The notes under the pieces were generated by a model that saw only the letters and a list, made by a program, of their open reading frames with translations, was not told the DNA's origin and ran no database searches. A program made the translations under genes and the position numbers. From positions 9,893-73,892 of the forward strand of contig JAUZRK010000013.1 in the NCBI GenBank assembly GCA_030950485.1: a stretch of 64,000 bases of DNA. The letters are read 5' to 3'. Shown in pieces: positions 10,835 through 20,629 of the stretch (its first letter is position 1; each line of letters starts with the position of its first letter). This stretch comes from Candidatus Dojkabacteria bacterium (GTDB taxonomy: Bacteria > Patescibacteriota > Dojkabacteria > J137).

Positions 10835-11834
10835 TCAACAACAATACGATCCAAATTACGATGTCTTAAATGAAGATCAACTTCAAGCGGAAGTGTATCG
10901 TAACTGTGATGAAATGCTTGAGAATATAGCTAAATTAAAAGAAGCTAAACTTCGTGGAGACTCAGATACAGCTAGTCTTATTTTTAGTTTAGAAGGATAT
11001 TCTAAAATTCTAGTAGATATAACCAAGGAGATGGTCTCTAGAATTAATCGAGAAAGGTTTTCAAGTGATGACATTAGTGATATTGTACATGAATATACTG
11101 CTTCACTTTCTTCACTAAGACTAATTCCGTATCGATTAAGTAAACTTCCAGAACAAGGAAAGATAGATCATTTAGATCTATTAGATCTAGCTGAAAAATA
11201 TATTGCAATTTTACAAGATTCTTTCATTGTAGGTAATTTAAACTACTTAACTTCGGAAGATAATACTGAGAAATTAGATATTAGAAGTATTTTTTTTCGA
11301 AGAGCAAGAGGTCTGGTATCTGTATTTGGGATCGATCCAAAAGTAGAAGCACTTGAAATCTCAAAATTACGAATCAACCCTTTTCATTTGTCTATCTCTT
11401 TATCTACAATCCTTGAAAATATCCATAAGGCTGATGGAACAGTGGTAAGTTTGAAAATATTGGATAGGATAGATCTTGCTTATAATTTAATTGCTATGGC
11501 TATTGAAAAAAAACAATTAGATTTAAAATATTTAAGTAAATTTGTAGATAATTCAGGGAGTGATTATATTATTTTAGCTTTAAGTGATGATGGGAAAGGA
11601 GTCCCTAAATATGGTGAATTTGGTTATCTAAATCCAGAATCTTCTACTTCTGGCACTGGCTTTTACAGGATTAATAGATATGATGGAGTAGTTGGATTTG
11701 TCTTAAATACAGCGGATTGTAACGGAGTAGAAGGCACTACTGGGGCAACAACTTTCCTAGTTTTAGAAACATTAAATAATAAGAAATCAAGAGGAGGCCA
11801 ATCTCCTACAGCGGTTCTACTTCCTGAGAACTAG
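10824..11834 (+). CDS. Sensor-less histidine kinase-like protein (HATPase_c)
   Basis: IVHEYTAS, TILENIHK, LSDDGKGVP, SGTGF and GTTGATT motifs. Likely start is MGDNQQ at 10824. Confidence 0.6.
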   Translation: MGDNQQQYDPNYDVLNEDQLQAEVYRNCDEMLENIAKLKEAKLRGDSDTASLIFSLEGYSKILVDITKEMVSRINRERFSSDDISDIVHEYTASLSSLRLIPYRLSKLPEQGKIDHLDLLDLAEKYIAILQDSFIVGNLNYLTSEDNTEKLDIRSIFFRRARGLVSVFGIDPKVEALEISKLRINPFHLSISLSTILENIHKADGTVVSLKILDRIDLAYNLIAMAIEKKQLDLKYLSKFVDNSGSDYIILALSDDGKGVPKYGEFGYLNPESSTSGTGFYRINRYDGVVGFVLNTADCNGVEGTTGATTFLVLETLNNKKSRGGQSPTAVLLPEN

Positions 11835-12318
11835 TTTTATTTTGACTAAGTAAATATCCAAAAATAAATTCAATTAAAATTGCCAAAGCCAGAATACCTA
11901 GGAGAGTATTTCTATCAACTCCATTTAAATTTAAAAACAAGATAGATATAAAGGTAGTACTTATGATTAATGACCTCCTAGCTGCTACAAAATATTTTGG
12001 CTCCTCAAAGAATTTTTTAAAGAAAAGTTTATCTAATGCTATATGAATAGAGATAATATAAAAGAATATTGCAATTGTAAGTGATAATCCTCCAAGATAT
12101 AGATTATTAGTGGCATAGTTTAATACTTCTTTTTCTTCAATTAATAAATCTATTTCTTCATTTAAAGAATCAAAATCATCTTCTTCAATACCTTTATCGA
12201 TAGCAAGTTGTTGTATTTTATCAATATCAAAAGGTGGAAAGTTTGTAAAAATGTATTTGGTAAAAAGACTAAATACCATTGCCAAAATTATTGTTATAAA
12301 GAAAATTCTAAAGGTCAA
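11806..12318 (-). CDS. Membrane protein (about 4 TM)
   Basis: Hydrophobic segments. Confidence 0.6.
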   Translation of the reverse strand: MTFRIFFITIILAMVFSLFTKYIFTNFPPFDIDKIQQLAIDKGIEEDDFDSLNEEIDLLIEEKEVLNYATNNLYLGGLSLTIAIFFYIISIHIALDKLFFKKFFEEPKYFVAARRSLIISTTFISILFLNLNGVDRNTLLGILALAILIEFIFGYLLSQNKTSSQEVEPL

Positions 12319-12468
12319 AAGATAAGATTTAAGATTTAATATTGAAGACTATTGTAAATCAGACAGTTCATAAGTCAATTCCATTAATTTCACTAAATTT
12401 TCAAAACTTACTTTTTATGTCATTTTCTTTGATATACTTTCTATTATACATAAATTGATAAAAATAAA

Positions 12469-13116
12469 ATGAGTGAAGATAATAATCATGAGGAAAAAGG
12501 ATCTGGTATAGGTTGTAGAACGATTGCACTCGGTGGTTGTTTAATAATACTAGCAGCAATTGGTATTTTAATATTTTTACTAGTTACTAGAACTAATATA
12601 ATACTTGGTACTGTTATTGATTTTCTTAATAAAGATTTAGAAACTACATCAATTAGTTCTGAAAATACCTCATACGATATTTTGGCTGATGTATACTCCC
12701 AAATAGACGAAGAACTTGAAATACAATCTTTAGAATTTAGCGAAGAAGAGATTACAATTTTGGCTAGAGAAAGTTTTGAAGATTTAGAAGATTTAACTAT
12801 AGACATTGAAAGCAATAAAATCACCTTATTTTGGAAAGCCTATAGTAGAGTAGAAGATCACCCTGTACTTGGAGTTGTTACTCTAAATAAGGAAAGCGAT
12901 AATATAGAAATTGATCATTTTGGAACTGCTAGAATCGGGTTCCCAAAAATAGTAAATAAATTTGTTACAAGTCGAGTAAGTAATTTTATCGAACAAGGGG
13001 AAAATGATAGTGTAAATGACTTTTTCTTAACAATACTAAATTTGAAAAACAGATTTGAGATTAAAGATATTGAATTAAGTGATGACAAAATATTAATTAA
13101 TTTAACTCCTTCGTAA
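12469..13116 (+). CDS. Single-TM protein with an extracellular domain
   Basis: GCRTIALGGCL TM anchor followed by an acidic domain; adjacent to holA. Confidence 0.6.
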   Translation: MSEDNNHEEKGSGIGCRTIALGGCLIILAAIGILIFLLVTRTNIILGTVIDFLNKDLETTSISSENTSYDILADVYSQIDEELEIQSLEFSEEEITILARESFEDLEDLTIDIESNKITLFWKAYSRVEDHPVLGVVTLNKESDNIEIDHFGTARIGFPKIVNKFVTSRVSNFIEQGENDSVNDFFLTILNLKNRFEIKDIELSDDKILINLTPS

Positions 13117-13117
13117 A

Positions 13118-14041
13118 ATGCTTAAAGTTTACTGCGGTGATGATACATTCGAAAGTTATTATGCTTCTAAAAGTGAAGCTAAAAATATTGCGGATAAAAA
13201 AAACTTGAATGTAAAAATTATAAACTGTGATGAGCTTAAAAATATAGACTCGTTTCTATCAGAGGTAGAGACTATTGGAATGTTTTCTGAGGAGTCAGTA
13301 ATTTTTGCTAAAAGATTCTTAGGAAATAAAAAACTTTCTGAATATCTGGAAACTAATATTGAGAAGTTATCTAGATATGAAATAATAATCTGGCATGATA
13401 AAAAGCCTGACGGTAGATTAAAGATTTTTAAAAAATTAAAACAAGAAAAATTATTGTTTGAATATAAAGAAGCTAAAGAATATGATTTAAAGTCTTGGGT
13501 AATCACTATTACTAATGAACAGGAAATTAGATTAAGTGATTATCAGATTAGTTATTTAATCGAAAGTTTAGATTTAAATAAATGGTTAATTAAAAGTGAG
13601 TTAAAAAAAGTTGAAATTTTTTTAGAAAATCAGGGCCGAAATACTTTATTAGATGATGAATTAGAAAAATTATTAGGTTTTGATATAAAAGGGAATATAT
13701 GGAAATTCTTAGATTACTTTGGAAATAGAAATAGAATTAAACTAATTCAGGAATACATTAAACTTGTATCATTTGAAAGAAATACCCAAATGATAATAGC
13801 TATGATATCAAGAGAAATTGATATCTTACTTCAATTGTCTTATGCTTCTGAGAATAATATTAATACAAAAGAACTTGGACTACATCCCTTTGTTGTTAAT
13901 AAATCTAAGTCTAAATTAAGAAATTTTTCAAAAAGTGATTTAGCTATATTGAATCGCAAACTATTTGACTTAGACTTTGCAGTAAAAACAGGTAAAATAG
14001 ATGAAGAAGTAGGAATGAGTTTGTATTTAGTGAATGTGTAA
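13118..14041 (+). CDS. holA: DNA polymerase III delta subunit
   Basis: YCGDD, GMFSE, ELKKV, NIWKFLD, LHPFVV and DFAVKTG motifs. Confidence 0.9.
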   Translation: MLKVYCGDDTFESYYASKSEAKNIADKKNLNVKIINCDELKNIDSFLSEVETIGMFSEESVIFAKRFLGNKKLSEYLETNIEKLSRYEIIIWHDKKPDGRLKIFKKLKQEKLLFEYKEAKEYDLKSWVITITNEQEIRLSDYQISYLIESLDLNKWLIKSELKKVEIFLENQGRNTLLDDELEKLLGFDIKGNIWKFLDYFGNRNRIKLIQEYIKLVSFERNTQMIIAMISREIDILLQLSYASENNINTKELGLHPFVVNKSKSKLRNFSKSDLAILNRKLFDLDFAVKTGKIDEEVGMSLYLVNV

Positions 14042-14180
14042 AAAAATTGAATTAAAAGCACAGAGGTAAAGTCTTTAATGACTTTGTATTATTAACTTTA
14101 GCAAATAAACCGTAACTAATAGTAATTTATTGTAATTAAGACAATCAGTTACTATAAATTACTACAAATTACCTTAGTAC

Positions 14181-15389
14181 ATGAAAAAACCTATATTTAC
14201 AGTATTAACTTTTCTTTTAGTAAGCACACTATTTATCTCAATAGTTTCAGCCCTACGTCTTAATACTAGTAATGATTTAAATATTGATTCTACAATTATA
14301 AAAGATGATCAGAATTTTGGGCTACCTACAAGAATAATTATTACTCCAATTTATCTTCCTTCTAGTGATTCTAATGTTAGAGAAGATGATTGGTTTAGAG
14401 GATTGTTTTACTATACGATTGATGTTCTAGGTTTTAATGATATACCTTACCACTATGTAGTTTCAAAAACTGGAACTGTTTATTCTGGTAACACGGGAGG
14501 TTATGAAAGAGAGTTGAGCATAAATGGAGTTGGAAGCGATATGATTTTAATTGGATATATGTCCGATAAATTTGCTAGCCAAATAGATAATAGGGCTAAA
14601 GATGATCTAGTCGAGCTATTAACAAAAGTAGCTAGTGAAAATAATATTGATCCTACAAATATTCAAATAAAAGGTACTAAATTTCAGAGAAATGAACAGA
14701 ATAAAACAGTTGTTATGGTTGAAGATGATTTGTTCGGGTTATGGAATATAAGTCTTTTAGATATTATTGAAGGAGTTCAAAAAAATTATAATCCTGTAGT
14801 GAAAATTTATTCTGTAAATGTAGATAGCGTATCAGTTCCTGAAAATAATCTAGCTCCTGGTAGTGAGATAATTATTCCTATAACAATTACTAATACTAGC
14901 GATTTTGGTATTTATTCAGGTACAGATGCAGAGATGCTTTTATCAAGAGTTAATGGGGAGAATAGCAATTACTTCATTAATAATGTTTGGTTAAGTCAAA
15001 GTCAGATGAGTTTAATGAGTGATGGTGATGTATTACAAACATTTGATACTGGAGAATTTTCTGTAAAAATTAAAACTCCTCTGATTGTAGGAGAGTATTC
15101 AGAAACTTTTGAAATTAGAAATATAAATGGAGATTTAATTAGTGATGATTCAATTGAGCTAAAGGTTAATATTGTTGCTTCAGATAGAGAAATAGTTGAG
15201 ATTCTTACAACTGAAACTGGAACTCTAAATGTAAGAGATATTCCATCTAGCGTTGGAGATACTATAAATCAAGTTTCTGAAGGAGAACGATTCTTTAAGA
15301 CTGATGATGCTGGGAATGGTTGGATAGAGGTTGAATTAGAGGATGGAACTAGAGGTTGGATAGCTGGTTGGTATACTAGAACTATTTAG
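14181..15389 (+). CDS. Exported PGRP/Amidase_2-like + Ig-like + SH3b protein
   Basis: Signal peptide, GFNDIPYHYVV..G.VY.G, a beta-sandwich region, and a C-terminal SH3 (LNVRDIPS...GWIEV...GWI). Confidence 0.75.
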   Translation: MKKPIFTVLTFLLVSTLFISIVSALRLNTSNDLNIDSTIIKDDQNFGLPTRIIITPIYLPSSDSNVREDDWFRGLFYYTIDVLGFNDIPYHYVVSKTGTVYSGNTGGYERELSINGVGSDMILIGYMSDKFASQIDNRAKDDLVELLTKVASENNIDPTNIQIKGTKFQRNEQNKTVVMVEDDLFGLWNISLLDIIEGVQKNYNPVVKIYSVNVDSVSVPENNLAPGSEIIIPITITNTSDFGIYSGTDAEMLLSRVNGENSNYFINNVWLSQSQMSLMSDGDVLQTFDTGEFSVKIKTPLIVGEYSETFEIRNINGDLISDDSIELKVNIVASDREIVEILTTETGTLNVRDIPSSVGDTINQVSEGERFFKTDDAGNGWIEVELEDGTRGWIAGWYTRTI

Positions 15390-15509
15390 TATTGAGTCTT
15401 TGGAGTATTTCTTCTAGCTTATTAGCTTGTAACATTTTTTAAGATTTGTTACAGAATATTTTTCAAGCTATAATCCTTCTGATAACTTTATCGTAAAAGC
15501 GTAACTACT

Positions 15510-16787
15510 GTGATTAATAAGAATTTAAATAGAGATAAATACGAACTTCTTACAATTCAAAAAAAACTTTCAAAAAGAGGTTTTCTAAAAAATGGTACAC
15601 CTTTAAGTTCAGAATGGAGAAAAAATAATCTTGGAGGTTTCTCAGAAAGAGTAGTACTAGGGAGTATTGGAGTAGAAAAATTATCATTAGATAGAAATGT
15701 TATTGTAGCTGGTGGATGGTGTGTACTAACATTAAATGACTCAAAGCTATTCAGTAACGGTATAATTATAAATAGTTTAAATCAAAATGAACCCATAACT
15801 TCTGTTGAACAAGTTGCACAATGGCTTCAAACTCATATTCCATTAAGACAGATAGTTGAATCTATTGGTATATACAACGGTAATAAATATCTTATTATTT
15901 CCGAAGCGCATCTTTGGACTAAAAAAATTATTCGTTCTTTAGAAAGATTATTTAATAGAGAATTATCAGCTATTGAAAAAAAAGCTATAGAAGAATCAGT
16001 GGAAAAAGGAGATAAAAAAAGAGAAAGAATAACTAAAAATTACATAAATCTAATATCAAATTCAGTTAATAATGAATTAGTTATTATTAAAGACATAGAT
16101 ATTCTAGAGCGACTCACACAGGAAAGAGACAATATGTTAGAAGAAATTGGTATAACTATAGAAGAACTTGCTTTGCCTATAAGTAAAAGACAAGAATCTT
16201 TATCCGGTAAAGAGATGGTTCATGAATACATTAATGATTATTCGAAAATATGGGTATTATATACAGATAAGTATTTAGAAATTCTAAAAGAGATAGGTGT
16301 AGTTGGTAATGAGACGGTTTTAATTTATGAACCATGGCAACACTTTCGACTAGATGAAAATGAAAGTGGGAAGATCTTTTTAGATAAGCTCCCTATATCT
16401 AAAGAAGTAAGGAAACCAGAGGATAACTCTTCAATAGGTTATATAGCCTATGATTTTAACTTTAATCAAAGTATTGAACCTTCATTAAATAATCTAGAAC
16501 TATTTATTTCTAAATTAAAAGAGGAGGCTAATACTTTGCAATTGGATATTCACAATAGTCTTATTTTCGAAACTGCTTTAAATTTCTTTCCTTTGGTAAA
16601 AATCAATAATTATTTAAATACTATTATTGAAGAGAAAAATAATTTTTATGTTAAAAGAGAATCACTAAAAGAGGATATATCTGAATTCAATAGGATAAAA
16701 AGTATTACCCTGAAGAGAATTAGAGAAACAGCAGAACTGCTAGTTAAAGAATTAGTAATTAACTTAGAACTGGTTTTACTAGATTAG
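15510..16787 (+). CDS. Hypothetical protein
   Basis: 425-aa ORF; no confident family. Confidence 0.6.
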   Translation: MINKNLNRDKYELLTIQKKLSKRGFLKNGTPLSSEWRKNNLGGFSERVVLGSIGVEKLSLDRNVIVAGGWCVLTLNDSKLFSNGIIINSLNQNEPITSVEQVAQWLQTHIPLRQIVESIGIYNGNKYLIISEAHLWTKKIIRSLERLFNRELSAIEKKAIEESVEKGDKKRERITKNYINLISNSVNNELVIIKDIDILERLTQERDNMLEEIGITIEELALPISKRQESLSGKEMVHEYINDYSKIWVLYTDKYLEILKEIGVVGNETVLIYEPWQHFRLDENESGKIFLDKLPISKEVRKPEDNSSIGYIAYDFNFNQSIEPSLNNLELFISKLKEEANTLQLDIHNSLIFETALNFFPLVKINNYLNTIIEEKNNFYVKRESLKEDISEFNRIKSITLKRIRETAELLVKELVINLELVLLD

Positions 16788-17549
16788 TTTCCATAGAGTA
16801 TTATGAATTGCCTTTAATCCTTCTGCCATTAATTTTGACTCGATTACAACGCCTATAGTCTCATTAACTTCTAATTGTATTAAGGCAACAGTTTGGTCAT
16901 AGATTAAAAAATCTATACCAGCGAAAGGTAAATCGCCTAGTATAAACTTACAATAATATCTACTATCATTTGCATACTTTGAAAAGTTTTCCCTAGCAAA
17001 GGGAGTATCTTTGGCAATATCCCATACCTTTCGAGTTAGATTTTTATCCAATGCTTTATTTAGTAGCTTACCACCATCTGGATATACAGTAAAAAATTTA
17101 TCTATATTTACAAAAGAATAAACTTCTTTAGCTTTTGTAGAGTCTAAGTAGATTGACATTACATTTTTCTTACCTTGATAGTATTTAACCTTAGTTTGTA
17201 TATTTTTATCAAAACTAGGGACTGGTTGAGTTGTCATCTCTACTAAGTCCGAAAAAGTATTGTCTATTTACTTAATCTCTTTTCGATTATTTTCTATATT
17301 AGCTAGTTTATCTGCAATAATTACTTTAAGTTTATTAGGTGGTTCTGGGGCTATCTTTTTAGTTTTGCCATGTATTGCATAGGTAACCATTCCCATTTCA
17401 AGCAATTTTCCAATATTTTCGTGAACAGTTGTTCTAGGTATTCCTGTTCTTTTAGCTATATCTGTTATTGATATTAAACCAGAGTCTAATAAACTTATGT
17501 AAATAGTAGCTTCTATCTCTGAAATATATAATTTAGAAAGTAACTCCAA
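16779..17549 (-). pseudogene. TrmB-family transcriptional regulator with an in-frame TAA
   Basis: The HTH ORF (EATIYISLL...IAKRTGIPRTTVH) and the effector-domain ORF share one frame, separated only by TAA at 17268-17270. Confidence 0.85.
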
Positions 17550-17579
17550 TACAGAGTTATCAATAGTAATTTTTTTGAG

Positions 17580-17765
17580 TTATCGCTCATTCCCGATAAA
17601 TATATAATATCTGATTATACTATAGATAAAGAAATTTAGTAGTAGTTTATATTTTATACATTAGTAGATATCACATATAGACCGATAATAAGAAGTTACT
17701 GTATCATTTATCTACAGACACAATAAGAATAATTTAACTTTAATTATGTCGTCAACTTTCGATAA
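17580..17765. promoter_or_regulatory. Candidate operators, TTATCG-N8-CGATAA
   Basis: Perfect site at 17580-17599; ATGTCG-N8-CGATAA at 17746-17765, just before the divergent gene. Confidence 0.5.
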
Positions 17766-17767
17766 CT

Positions 17768-18076
17768 ATGATAACAATAAAAATTAATTACAAAGAAATA
17801 ATGGGTTATGACTATAAATGGTCAGAGATTAAACTTAACGCAATCTGGAATGAAATTTATAATGAACTTACAGATGATGTTAAGGAAATATTTAAAGACA
17901 TAATGAAATATCAAGACGTTCCATACGAATTTGATATTCATCCAAATTTTAAAATAGAAGAGGAGAGAGTAATTCCCTATAGATTTAAACTAAAAGCTTA
18001 CTTTAATAGTAAGGTTAATACATTAGTTGAGAATCAGCTAAATAAATACGTAATTTTAACTGATTGGACAAACTAA
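17768..18076 (+). CDS. Hypothetical protein
   Basis: 102-aa ORF divergent from the TrmB gene. Confidence 0.55.
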   Translation: MITIKINYKEIMGYDYKWSEIKLNAIWNEIYNELTDDVKEIFKDIMKYQDVPYEFDIHPNFKIEEERVIPYRFKLKAYFNSKVNTLVENQLNKYVILTDWTN

Positions 18077-19341
18077 AGATCCAATACCTCTTTAATTCTA
18101 AGGGCTAGTTCGCTAGCTCTTTTTTTATCTATATTTATACTAGTAGGTAAATTTAAAACTAGATTAGTTTTCTTTACTGTTACTTCAGTAGTAGCTGGAA
18201 CATAACAAAGTTTTTTATACGTTTTCTCATCAACACCAGCACCATATAAAGGGGAAGAGAACCAGTTACCTAAAGTAACTCTTAAACTTCTTGAAAGATT
18301 CCAAACTTTCAACCAATCTTCCCTAGAGTTTAATAAAATTGGATATCGAAGATAAACTCTGTCGTTATCAAATTCTGAAGAATCAGAAATAGAAATTAAT
18401 TGATCATTATAAATTTTTGCAATTTCACTTCGATGAGAATTATAAAAATCTAATTTTTTTAATTGTAGAATGCCTAATCTTGATAAAGCAGGAGACATTT
18501 TTGCAGGAAACCAATCAGGTTTTAAAGCATGATTTTCTTTTTCCTCAACCATAATTCCTAAGAAGCCTAACTTTCTCCAAATTCCACGAATCATTGCACC
18601 GACTGTAAATCTACCTATACCAACAGAGTGCAAGGGTATAGCAAAAAACCAGAAAATTGGGTTTAGTAGAGAAATAATAACTCTTTTTATTGGAAAATCA
18701 TTATATGATTCAATCACTTTTTCAATGGAATCATGAAAAGCCTTATCATTTGTAAAAATCATTCCACCTCTAACCGTAGACATTACTTTTTCAATACCAA
18801 ATGTAGAGAAAGCAATATCTCCCTGAGGATTTATATCTCTATGAATATCATGTGCGAAATCCTCAATGATAAATAGTTTTCGGTTATAATTTTTAATCGA
18901 ATCCCTTATACCTTTTATATCAACTCTTTTTCCAAAAGTATGTTGTACAACTATGGCTTTTGTTTTATTAGTTATTTTTGAATCTAGAGAAGAGTAGTCT
19001 GCATTAAAATCTACTTTATTCGTATCTAAATAAATTGGAGTTGCCCCGCTCCAGCTAACAGCGTTTGCAACAACGACACATGTAAAACTAGGCATAATAA
19101 CTTCATCCCCCTCTTTTAAATCCAATGCTTTTAGAATTGTAAGAAGCGCTGTTCTTCCTGAATCTACTAATGAAATATTATCTACTTTTATATATTTAGA
19201 AAGATCTTCTTTAAATTTTTCATTGAATTTATTTTTTCGATATAAAAATGGATTTAATAATACCCTTAATGAAAGCAGAGCATCATTAAACTGTGTATTT
19301 GGAGATGCGGCTGTAAAAATACTTTTTCTAAATCTTCCCAT
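18073..19341 (-). CDS. DegT/DnrJ/EryC1/StrS PLP-dependent aminotransferase family
   Basis: DSGRTAL, VVQHTFG, IIEDFAH and STFGIEK..GG motifs. Confidence 0.9.
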   Translation of the reverse strand: MGRFRKSIFTAASPNTQFNDALLSLRVLLNPFLYRKNKFNEKFKEDLSKYIKVDNISLVDSGRTALLTILKALDLKEGDEVIMPSFTCVVVANAVSWSGATPIYLDTNKVDFNADYSSLDSKITNKTKAIVVQHTFGKRVDIKGIRDSIKNYNRKLFIIEDFAHDIHRDINPQGDIAFSTFGIEKVMSTVRGGMIFTNDKAFHDSIEKVIESYNDFPIKRVIISLLNPIFWFFAIPLHSVGIGRFTVGAMIRGIWRKLGFLGIMVEEKENHALKPDWFPAKMSPALSRLGILQLKKLDFYNSHRSEIAKIYNDQLISISDSSEFDNDRVYLRYPILLNSREDWLKVWNLSRSLRVTLGNWFSSPLYGAGVDEKTYKKLCYVPATTEVTVKKTNLVLNLPTSINIDKKRASELALRIKEVLDL

Positions 19342-19390
19342 TTTATATCTACTTTTAAATTAATCTCTAAATATTTATTGAATCACTATT

Positions 19391-20347
19391 TTAAACTACC
19401 TTTTTTATAATCTTAAATTTATTTCTCAATTTCTCACCTAATTTCAAAATAGTATATTGAGCCTGATTAATTACTAAATCATATGAATCATTATATTTAA
19501 CTTGCCTTCCTCCAAACTGCATTTTAAATGAGCCAAAACCATCTAGTACTTGTCCATTCTTATCAGTTTCAATTCCCATCCAATCAAAGTGTTTATAATT
19601 ATTTTCCTTTGCCCATTTTATAACTTCCCACGCCTGTAAGTATGTTGGCTTCAATTTGCTATGTATTAAAAGTGAGCCTCCGTACGGATAGTATAATACT
19701 CCTTCACAACCTAATAAAAACCAAGAAACAATAATTTCATCTCCAACATAAGCTGTCGCTATTTTTACTTCTGTTTCTTCGGATTCTTTAAATATCTTCC
19801 AAACAGTACGAATGTAAGACTCATTTCGACCATAATAACTATGTCTACTTTTTGTTTCTAAAAAAATCTTTATAAATTTATTAAATGCTTCGTCAGAATC
19901 TTCAAACTTAATCTCAACGTTATTTTTAGCTGCATATCTTATATTGTATTTTACTTTTCTACCTATATCATTTAAAAGATCCTCTTCACTTTTTTCTAGA
20001 TCTATTAATACATTATCTTGAAGACGAACTGCTTTAGTTTTTTTTAAGTGATATTTTTCAGATTTTAGTTGCTCTGAATTTAAATTATTACTGTCGATTG
20101 TTACAAAAACACAACCTACTTTTTTTGCCTCATTAAATAAACTATCTAAATCTAGAGTAGAGTAGTCAACCGGAGGTAAATAGCCGACCTTACTTTTTAT
20201 AACAGGAACCGTAGTAGTTTGAAACCAACCTCCATTGAAAGAAAAAGTTTCGTTTCCAACCGATTCTTTAAGATCTCGCCACTGTTGTGACTGTTGAAAA
20301 TGGATATTAGTTTGTAGTTTTTGGTTTTTAGTTTCTTGTAAAGACAT
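19391..20347 (-). CDS. FemAB/FemX family peptidyltransferase
   Basis: FQQSQQW, IDLEKSEEDLL, YNIRYA, YPYGGS and FKMQFGG motifs. Confidence 0.88.
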   Translation of the reverse strand: MSLQETKNQKLQTNIHFQQSQQWRDLKESVGNETFSFNGGWFQTTTVPVIKSKVGYLPPVDYSTLDLDSLFNEAKKVGCVFVTIDSNNLNSEQLKSEKYHLKKTKAVRLQDNVLIDLEKSEEDLLNDIGRKVKYNIRYAAKNNVEIKFEDSDEAFNKFIKIFLETKSRHSYYGRNESYIRTVWKIFKESEETEVKIATAYVGDEIIVSWFLLGCEGVLYYPYGGSLLIHSKLKPTYLQAWEVIKWAKENNYKHFDWMGIETDKNGQVLDGFGSFKMQFGGRQVKYNDSYDLVINQAQYTILKLGEKLRNKFKIIKKVV

Positions 20348-20477
20348 AAATACAGGTAATTCTACTTTATTAATTTTGAGTAATATTTTATAAACCCATT
20401 CAATAGTTTTTTATATTCTGTAACATCTCTGAACATGTTTCAGAGTTAACAATAAAAAAAATTTCACACTTTCCTTA

Positions 20478-20528
20478 TCTCGATACACCATACTTCGCAA
20501 AGCCTTCGTATGGCACTCGATACTGCAC
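20478..20528. repeat. TCTCGATAC...CACTCGA hairpin element, copy 2
   Basis: Inner stem CCATAC/GTATGG; ends match the 5783 copy. Confidence 0.6.
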
Positions 20529-20629
20529 GCTCAAACCCCAAACGCTAGATCATTTTCTTTATCAATCTTATCCACCAGCATCATTGAACAATTTCAACAT
20601 ACATGCATAATGTTCTTACTTCTTACTTC

